From Promethearchaeota archaeon (lineage in GTDB: Archaea; Asgardarchaeota; Lokiarchaeia; Sigyniarchaeales; SOKP01): DNA of 13,683 nt. A model generated the notes under the pieces. That model did no database searches. It saw only the letters and a program-made list of their open reading frames with translations, and was not told the DNA's origin. The stretch is from assembly GCA_016839745.1 (NCBI GenBank), contig JAEOTS010000005.1, forward strand, positions 1-13,683, given 5' to 3'. Positions 7,779-13,683 of the stretch are shown here, in pieces. A program made the position numbers and the translations under genes. Position 1 is the first letter of the stretch. Each line of letters starts with the position of its first letter.

Positions 7779-9101
7779 ATGATATTAAAAATTTACAATT
7801 CTGAAATTGTGGATTGTTCTTCAAGTTGCAATATATTATTACCACCACCAGATTCTTTGAAGTTAATTATTGATTTGTTTTTAAGAATATGCGAATCTGA
7901 GGCTGTTGAGAACATAGTAGAACATTCCATTACATTAGAGTTTGAAGATGATACAATCGGACTTATATCCCCTAATGGTAATACTTTTGGTCATTATGAA
8001 TGGTACATTAATAAGTTTGTCAAACACAGGCTAGTTTATGATCTGCAACTTGGAAATAGCGCCAAACGAAATAAGACATTTGGAATATATATTTCAAGGA
8101 TTCATGATATAGAGGAACACACGCACCATCATAGAGCAGGTTATGCCAACACTCTTTATTCTATTCCTGCTGGAATAAAGGGTATTCGTAAATCTGTAGA
8201 AGTAGTTAAGTCCCTTCTAAGTAATAATACATCCAATTTACCAACCTTTTTATATCAAAAAACATTGCAAAATTTTGAAATAAGTGCAAAAATCATCTGG
8301 AAAGTATGGTCTCTGTATAAGAAAATATCTGAAATTGGACAAGTTCAGTGTGGAGAAGTGGATTCGATTTCTGGCTCTACAAGAGAAATGAATTTATACT
8401 TAGGAAATATATGTTTAGGAGGCCATCAAGGAAGACCTCAAGGGGATAAACACTTTGCTGATATTCAGAATGTACTTAATGAATATTATCCAGAATATAC
8501 TATTCAAGAAGTGGGAGAAAGTGCAACGGACACAAATGGGAGGAAAGCATTATATAAAAATACACCTGTTAATGAAGTTGCCCGTGTTGAGCCTTCAAAT
8601 ATGTATTATAGGCAAAAAGTCGATACTAAAGAAAAAGAATTACTTATTCAGATCCAAAAGAAAACTGGAAAACTATTCCCAATGACAGAACATTGGTCTC
8701 ATGGTTTCTCAGTCATTGAAGGGAATGTAGAAGGAATTAATCTAACTAAACAAGATCCACATGAGATTATAGAAATTTTGGAACAATTTTCTCATCTAAA
8801 AAGGCTCAATTTAAATGAGTGTAATTCTTTAGAGCATTTAGACATTGGTTCTCTTAAACATTTGGAAAGCTTAAGAATACATAATTGTAAGAAATTGAAG
8901 TCAATCTCAAATTCAATTGGGAAATTAAACCATTTAAAAATGCTTGAGATGCGTAATTGTCTCCAATTTTCTTCATTTTCTACAACCATAGAAAATCTAT
9001 CTCTTCAAAAATTGATTTTAAATAGGGTAGGTAAATATAAAGATGTACATTTCAGAGATGAAAAAAGTATAAAAGATAATATGCCCAAAATTATTCCCTA
9101 G
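7779..9101 (+). CDS. Unknown N-terminal domain (xSSS motif, His-rich patch) fused to a short C-terminal LRR block
   Basis: C-terminal LRRs (LKRLNLNEC, LESLRIHNC, LKMLEMRNC) follow a helical cap. The N-terminal ~275 aa are non-repetitive, with SEIVDCSSS and HDIEEHTHHHRAGY. The ORF track starts at 7740. ATG 7779 is preferred because it has a GTGAT SD-like site upstream and removes the overlap with the previous gene. Confidence 0.8.
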   Translation: MILKIYNSEIVDCSSSCNILLPPPDSLKLIIDLFLRICESEAVENIVEHSITLEFEDDTIGLISPNGNTFGHYEWYINKFVKHRLVYDLQLGNSAKRNKTFGIYISRIHDIEEHTHHHRAGYANTLYSIPAGIKGIRKSVEVVKSLLSNNTSNLPTFLYQKTLQNFEISAKIIWKVWSLYKKISEIGQVQCGEVDSISGSTREMNLYLGNICLGGHQGRPQGDKHFADIQNVLNEYYPEYTIQEVGESATDTNGRKALYKNTPVNEVARVEPSNMYYRQKVDTKEKELLIQIQKKTGKLFPMTEHWSHGFSVIEGNVEGINLTKQDPHEIIEILEQFSHLKRLNLNECNSLEHLDIGSLKHLESLRIHNCKKLKSISNSIGKLNHLKMLEMRNCLQFSSFSTTIENLSLQKLILNRVGKYKDVHFRDEKSIKDNMPKIIP

Positions 9102-9113
9102 AGGTAAGATTAC

Positions 9114-9911
9114 ATGAATTCAAGTACTGATCTTAAAATTATTTTATACCCTCCAAAATTTCCGCTCTCTGCGCATTTATATATAACAAACCGGTGTAAC
9201 CTAGATTGCGAAAAGTGTTATTATAGAAAGGTGGATGACCAGAAAAAACAACTCTCATATAAAACAATAAAGAAATTATTTCTTGAATGGAAACAATATC
9301 ACCTTACATCAATTGCTATTGGTGGCGGTGAACCTTTGCTCCATCCTGAAATTGAAAAGATTATTAGCTTAGGTAAGGAACTGGGGTTTTTTATGGCAAT
9401 AACCACCAATGGAACCCTATTAAAACCAATACATCCCGATAGATTACATATTTCTTATGATGAAATTCATTCCACTTGGAAAAACGAGGAATTGATTCAT
9501 ACAGCAATTAATTATTATAAAAAGATGGGATGTAAAGTAGGTATGAATCATGTCTTAACTTACTTCAAAAATATTGATTATATCATGCAAAATTTTCCGG
9601 AAATAGATAACCTACTTCTAATAAGAGAAAAACCCAAATCCAAATTTACTGAGTGGCATAGAATTAAACCTAATAGAAAATTTTGGATTGAGGGGTGTAT
9701 TAAAGGTTCCAAGTGCGAACAAGGGATTTTAAGCTTCCATGTAAATTATGATTTAATGGCTTCTATATGTTCAAATTTTTACGATAAGATTAGATATACC
9801 ACTTTATCAGAAACATGGGAAAAAATAAAACAATATAAATGCAAAATTAGAGATTTAGCCTTAGTTTCAAACTACAACAGAAAAGAACTCAAAATAAACC
9901 AGAAAATATAA
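9114..9911 (+). CDS. Short radical SAM enzyme with C-terminal Twitch/SPASM-like Cys segment
   Basis: CNLDCEKC (CxxxCxxC), IAIGGGEP, ITTNGT, and C-terminal EGC-x5-CEQG...ICS...C. SD GAGGT (9101-9105) overlaps the stop codon of the upstream gene. Confidence 0.9.
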   Translation: MNSSTDLKIILYPPKFPLSAHLYITNRCNLDCEKCYYRKVDDQKKQLSYKTIKKLFLEWKQYHLTSIAIGGGEPLLHPEIEKIISLGKELGFFMAITTNGTLLKPIHPDRLHISYDEIHSTWKNEELIHTAINYYKKMGCKVGMNHVLTYFKNIDYIMQNFPEIDNLLLIREKPKSKFTEWHRIKPNRKFWIEGCIKGSKCEQGILSFHVNYDLMASICSNFYDKIRYTTLSETWEKIKQYKCKIRDLALVSNYNRKELKINQKI

Positions 9912-10007
9912 TTTACTACAAATAAGCAACGTCCTCTATTTAATTCTTTATAGGGTAAGTATTTACGAATTTCTCTTCAAAAACCGACTCAATAACAAAA
10001 TAAAAGT

Positions 10008-10068
10008 TAAGGGAGGGAAAAATTGGAAAAAAAAAGATATTTAAAAAATTTCTTTAATCCCTCCCTTA
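10008..10068. repeat. Perfect 11-bp inverted repeat TAAGGGAGGGA ... TCCCTCCCTTA with 39-nt AT-rich spacer
   Basis: Arms at 10008-10018 and 10058-10068, lying between convergent transcription units. Confidence 0.8.
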
Positions 10069-10130
10069 CGATTTAACCATGGAAATGAAAAGGGTACGCG
10101 TGATATTTCTTTTAATTAATTGAAAACTTT

Positions 10131-10147
10131 AAAAAAATAAAAAAAAA
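10131..10147 (-). terminator. Oligo-U archaeal-type terminator after the 23-aa peptide gene
   Basis: 16 of 17 nt are T on the minus strand, starting 5 nt after the TAA. Confidence 0.55.
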
Positions 10148-10151
10148 TTAT

Positions 10152-10223
10152 TTAATATGCCTGATAGGCTGGATTTTGAATAATAATTATATCAAATACT
10201 CTTATTCTCTCATTTTTATTCAT
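10152..10223 (-). CDS. 23-aa small peptide MNKNERIRVFDIIIIQNPAYQAY (not in ORF track)
   Basis: ATG at 10223 to TAA at 10152. Strong SD GTGAGGT (10232-10238) 8 nt upstream and an oligo-U tract directly downstream. Lies 40 nt after the 80-aa gene on the same strand. Confidence 0.6.
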   Translation of the reverse strand: MNKNERIRVFDIIIIQNPAYQAY

Positions 10224-10263
10224 CTTTTTATACCTCACGTTTTTTAATTAATTTATATCTTTT

Positions 10264-10506
10264 TTAATAAACACCAAGATTCCCGAAAGACATCTTCTGT
10301 TTTACTTTATTTATATCAATCAATTCTTCATGATAATTCGCATATTTGATCACATTGTCTACTTTTTGCGGATCAGTTTCACATAAATACTCTTCTTGCT
10401 CAGAAGTCAGGAGATTCTTTAAGTTTTCTTCTTCAAGCTCTACAAAATATATCTTTTCTTTCTTTTCTTCCAATACCGCATGAGCCATTTTTTCTTTTCT
10501 CACCAC
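10264..10506 (-). CDS. Small acidic hypothetical protein (80 aa)
   Basis: Glu/Lys-rich ORF. TTTATGTA TATA-like box at 10538-10545 on the minus strand, about 30 nt upstream of the GTG. Confidence 0.7.
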   Translation of the reverse strand: MVRKEKMAHAVLEEKKEKIYFVELEEENLKNLLTSEQEEYLCETDPQKVDNVIKYANYHEELIDINKVKQKMSFGNLGVY

Positions 10507-10553
10507 TTTTTTTTCTTAAGAAAATAAAATCAGCAACTACATAAATGATTTTG

Positions 10554-10601
10554 GTTCGGAAACTTCAATTGTAGTTCGAACTTCAATTGAACTTCAAGTA
10601 G
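10554..10601. promoter_or_regulatory. Operator-like array: 3x AACTTCAA(T/G)T with overlapping palindromes
   Basis: AACTTCAATTG at 10561 and 10579, AACTTCAAGTA at 10590. Perfect palindromes AGTTCGAACT (10573-10582) and TTCAATTGAA (10582-10591). Located between divergent genes, one of which encodes a wHTH protein. Confidence 0.6.
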
Positions 10602-10668
10602 AAAACCTTAAATTGAACATTTGACAACTAATAATTAATAAGCTAAATAGTGATTAAAGCCGATTTTT

Positions 10669-13209
10669 ATGAGTGGAACAGAACAAATAAATTATCCTCC
10701 TGATGAGATATTATCTCCTGCTCCTACTCGGAGGAAAAATTTTGAGCATATAATACTCTGGATGTTAAGTAACAATGAAGAGTGTGAATGGTCGGATTTT
10801 ACAGAGAATCCAATAGGTATTAGTCAATCCACACTTTCAATTTACAAGAATAGGTTAGAATCTAAGGGATTTATTGAAAATGTAAGGAGAGGGTTTTATC
10901 AAATTACTAGCGCTGGTCGAGAGAGATATTATGAGTTATCGCGGATGAAGAGCACAAAAAGAAAGTTAAATTATCCTCCAAAAGCGATATTGAGAAGGAG
11001 GAATTACGATCATTGGATTTTATGGATGCTGTATAATAATAATTATTGTAAATGGAGTGACTTTTTGGATGATAATAAACCAGTGTATATCAACCAATCC
11101 TCTTTATCAAAGAATTTGAATTTATTAATGGAAAAGGAAAATGCATATGTGAAGAAGGATAATAAGCGATATGAAATTACAGAAGCAGGGAAAATAGAAT
11201 ATTCTCGTATGTTAAGGTTGTATGATCTTGACCGCCAGTCAATTTTAGAGGAAGAAAGTAAGAGAATTGAGGAAATCACCAAGAAAACTCGGGAATTCTT
11301 TAGGAAATATAATATTGAGGATCGGGATGTAAAATTTCGATTTTTGAATAATGTTTTAAAGATGGATTATGCGAAGGTGCAAAGTTCATTAGATAATGAA
11401 GAGGATTTTAAGAAGATTTTGTTATTTTTTTCGATTAATCACCCAAATTCGTATCCTGGATATATTTCTCCGGAGGAATTTTCTTTAAAGTTTGGTATTG
11501 AAAAAATAATATTAGAATTTCATATTCTTCAGATAGCAGAGAAAGAGATTTATCCGATAAAATTTTTTAAGTTAAACACTAAAGAAGGCAAAACTTTTTA
11601 TTTTCAGGCTGAGGAAAAGATAGAGAAAGTACTGCGAGCTATTGTGGATGAATATGTCGCAAAATTTACGTACTTGAATAAGTTAGGGGGGTATCCCTAC
11701 TATACCATGTATTCATTGATAGATGATATTTTAGGTGATATTTGTGATAATTTATTTCATAATGATTTAAGAGATTCACTGGGAGAATTTTTAGCAGAAT
11801 ATATTAAATATTTGACTTATAAAATCGAGACTGAAAAACAATTAGTTGATGCGTCTGATAAGTTAGAAGGGTTTATGTATGAGAATATCCCATTAATGCT
11901 TCAGAGTTTTGAATCTGGTGATTTAGAGCATCAATTTAAGGCAAAGAAGGAACATAGATATTATTTATATCCAGATACATTAAAAGCGTTGGCACCATAT
12001 TACATGAAAAATATCAAAACGGTTTTTCAGAAAACTATTGCTAGTATTGAAGAGAGAGATCTTGATAAAGCTTTAGAAGTATTAAACTCAGCAATTAAAT
12101 CAGAACCAGAAAAAATCGAATTATACATTTTGAATTCGATTGTTGTATCTCTTTGGAGGAGACATAGGGAAGCTATAGAACTTTTAGAGGAACAGCTTGA
12201 CAAACTTACGGATGTAGATGATGATCAACTTATTCCAATAATTATGTTTATCTTAACTTTTTGTCATTTATCGTTAGGAAATTTTGAAAAAGCCTTAGAA
12301 ATTTCGCATGATGCCATTCAAATAAACTCTAATCACCCTATTTCACATTTAAATCGAGCATTTATTTTTGGTTATAACCTTCTTCATAGATGGGATCCTG
12401 AGAATGCTAGTTTAGATTATTTCTTAGACGAGATAGAAAAAACTATATCATTGGAGTCCAATACTTTAAATTTATCTAGATATTACCAACTGAAAGCTAT
12501 TATCTTCTTTGAGCTGAGAAGATTTGACGATGCTGTTGAAGCAATTGATACTGCTATCGAATTAAAACCTAAAATAATAGACTATTATTACAAAAAAATT
12601 CATGGGTTCATATTAAACAAGAGATTTAAAGAAGCAATAGAATTTGTTGAAATTGCCATTAACCAATTTCCTAATGAAAATAAACACTTTCTAAATAAGA
12701 AGGCATATATTTTGGACAAAATGGGTTATTATGAAAATGATCCTATGAAATTCGAAGAATCCCTAGAAATTTTGGATAAACTTATTGAATTATATCCCGA
12801 TGATTATGACTTACTTAACTCAAAAGTTTATGTATTAGCTTATTTAGAACGAGAAAGTGATGCAATAAAGTTAGCAAAAGAATTAGTGAATCTTGATCCT
12901 AATTGTGGGAATTATCATGATTCATATGGAGAAGTATTAATGATGTTCAAAAGGTATAAAAAGGCAATAGCATTATTCAAAGAAGCCTTAAATCTTGAAC
13001 GTTATGGCCATTTTGTCTATCAAACATTCATTAAGCTAGGCATCTGTTATTATAACCTTGAAGAGTACGATTTAGCTAAAGAATGTTTAGAAGAAGGTAT
13101 GGAGCAAACCTATTCTTGTTTGTGTAACCAAGAAAAGAAAGAACATTGGTTAGAAAAAGCAAATACATATATGCTCAAAATCAAGGAATTGAATATAAAA
13201 ACTCAATAA
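10669..13209 (+). CDS. Tandem winged-helix DNA-binding domains + central helical region + C-terminal TPR array; putative transcriptional regulator
   Basis: Internal duplication NYPP..IL...R(R)N(F/Y)(E/D)H.ILWML.NN..C.WSDF...I.QS(T/S)LS...Y.IT.AG, a MarR/ArsR-like wHTH pattern, at about aa 8-90 and 101-180. TPRs from about aa 450 (e.g. RRFDDAVEAIDTAIELKP, YKKAIALFKEALNL). Confidence 0.85.
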   Translation: MSGTEQINYPPDEILSPAPTRRKNFEHIILWMLSNNEECEWSDFTENPIGISQSTLSIYKNRLESKGFIENVRRGFYQITSAGRERYYELSRMKSTKRKLNYPPKAILRRRNYDHWILWMLYNNNYCKWSDFLDDNKPVYINQSSLSKNLNLLMEKENAYVKKDNKRYEITEAGKIEYSRMLRLYDLDRQSILEEESKRIEEITKKTREFFRKYNIEDRDVKFRFLNNVLKMDYAKVQSSLDNEEDFKKILLFFSINHPNSYPGYISPEEFSLKFGIEKIILEFHILQIAEKEIYPIKFFKLNTKEGKTFYFQAEEKIEKVLRAIVDEYVAKFTYLNKLGGYPYYTMYSLIDDILGDICDNLFHNDLRDSLGEFLAEYIKYLTYKIETEKQLVDASDKLEGFMYENIPLMLQSFESGDLEHQFKAKKEHRYYLYPDTLKALAPYYMKNIKTVFQKTIASIEERDLDKALEVLNSAIKSEPEKIELYILNSIVVSLWRRHREAIELLEEQLDKLTDVDDDQLIPIIMFILTFCHLSLGNFEKALEISHDAIQINSNHPISHLNRAFIFGYNLLHRWDPENASLDYFLDEIEKTISLESNTLNLSRYYQLKAIIFFELRRFDDAVEAIDTAIELKPKIIDYYYKKIHGFILNKRFKEAIEFVEIAINQFPNENKHFLNKKAYILDKMGYYENDPMKFEESLEILDKLIELYPDDYDLLNSKVYVLAYLERESDAIKLAKELVNLDPNCGNYHDSYGEVLMMFKRYKKAIALFKEALNLERYGHFVYQTFIKLGICYYNLEEYDLAKECLEEGMEQTYSCLCNQEKKEHWLEKANTYMLKIKELNIKTQ

Positions 13210-13250
13210 CATTCAATATCAAATGTTAACAATAGATGAGTTAAAATATT

Positions 13251-13682
13251 ATGGGATACAAATATGTAAAGGGTGTCAAGGAGAATCCCAAATTTGGGAA
13301 ACTTTTAGCTGTAAATTTTAATCCTTATAAGGTATGTAGCTTTAATTGCGTGTACTGTGGAATTGGACCAACAACGGATAAAACTTGTGAACGTAAACTA
13401 TTCTATCCTCCTGAGGATGTGTTTAGAGAAATAAGAGATTATATTGAAACCCACGGAGAACCTGATTATGTTTGGTTAACTGGATTAGGCGAACCAACTC
13501 TATATTCAGGATTTACGCAACTTTCTAAGATGATTAAAGGGGTATATCCAAATATCAAAATTGGAGTGTATTCAAATGGTTCATTATTCTTTCGTGAGGA
13601 TGTAAGAAATGATTTTTCTTTATGTGATTTGATGTTAATCAATCTGAATAGCGTGTGTCCGATTGAGTTTTCAAAGATTTGC
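13251..13682 (+). CDS. Radical SAM protein (COG0731-like Fe-S oxidoreductase), 3' truncated; not in ORF track
   Basis: Translates as MGYKYVKGVKENPKFGKLLAVNFNPYKVCSFNCVYCGIG...WLTGLGEPTLY...VYSNGSL, with CxxxCxxC and GEPTL motifs. The frame is open to the window end. Confidence 0.88.
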   Translation, partial: MGYKYVKGVKENPKFGKLLAVNFNPYKVCSFNCVYCGIGPTTDKTCERKLFYPPEDVFREIRDYIETHGEPDYVWLTGLGEPTLYSGFTQLSKMIKGVYPNIKIGVYSNGSLFFREDVRNDFSLCDLMLINLNSVCPIEFSKIC

Positions 13683-13683
13683 A

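Noticed and set aside
8455-8989. ORFs 8455-8685 (+) and 8792-8989 (-)
   Set aside because: Alternative-frame or antisense ORFs nested within the 7779-9101 gene.
9114-9911. Viperin-like antiviral radical SAM
   Set aside because: Lacks the viperin-type NxHxxxxCNxxCxFCF and KINxxGGEP signatures, and instead has a Twitch-like Cys tail.
10079-10123. Plus-strand micro-ORF MEMKRVRVIFLLIN
   Set aside because: Only 14 codons and no SD. Its resemblance to the 23-aa peptide is probably due to AT-rich codon bias.
9912-10130. SECIS element or selenoprotein read-through
   Set aside because: No in-frame TGA at a Cys-equivalent position was seen in neighbouring genes, and the hairpin lacks an evident AUGA/GA core.
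10554-10601. CRISPR array (CTTCAATT resembles archaeal repeat ends)
   Set aside because: Units are 11 bp with 0-7 nt between them. There are no spacer-length sequences and no cas genes.
11043-11282. Minus-strand 79-aa ORF
   Set aside because: Antisense shadow of the wHTH-TPR gene.
13251-13682. Assigning the tyw1/taw1 symbol
   Set aside because: Resembles the broader COG0731-like group, but the N-terminal extension with the additional Cys ligands of Taw1 is not visible and the gene is truncated.

Overview
AT-rich window that looks like Asgard archaeal (Lokiarchaeia/Promethearchaeota-like) DNA. This assignment is inferred from the capped LRR, TPR and wHTH-TPR protein styles, GAGGT/GGTGA ribosome-binding sites and TATA-like boxes. 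From left to right: a partial Cys-rich 2x[4Fe-4S] protein, a flavin-reductase/flavoredoxin-like gene, an ARPP-1 (DUF6569)-like gene with a C-terminal zinc ribbon, two small hypothetical genes, and a probable three-gene operon (1366-aa TPR-LRR-LRR-HEAT-LRR-LRR protein, an unknown-domain-plus-LRR protein with an N-terminal 'SEIVDCSSS' motif, and a short radical SAM enzyme with a Twitch-like tail). Next come a 23-aa peptide gene missing from the ORF track and an 80-aa gene, both divergent from a tandem-wHTH + TPR regulator across a repeat/palindrome-rich operator-like region, and finally a partial second radical SAM gene. The two best candidates for undescribed systems are (1) the LRR-sensor / xSSS-motif protein / radical SAM operon and (2) the RRNPP-like arrangement of wHTH-TPR regulator plus small peptide. 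All family calls come from reading motifs by eye, with no database searches.
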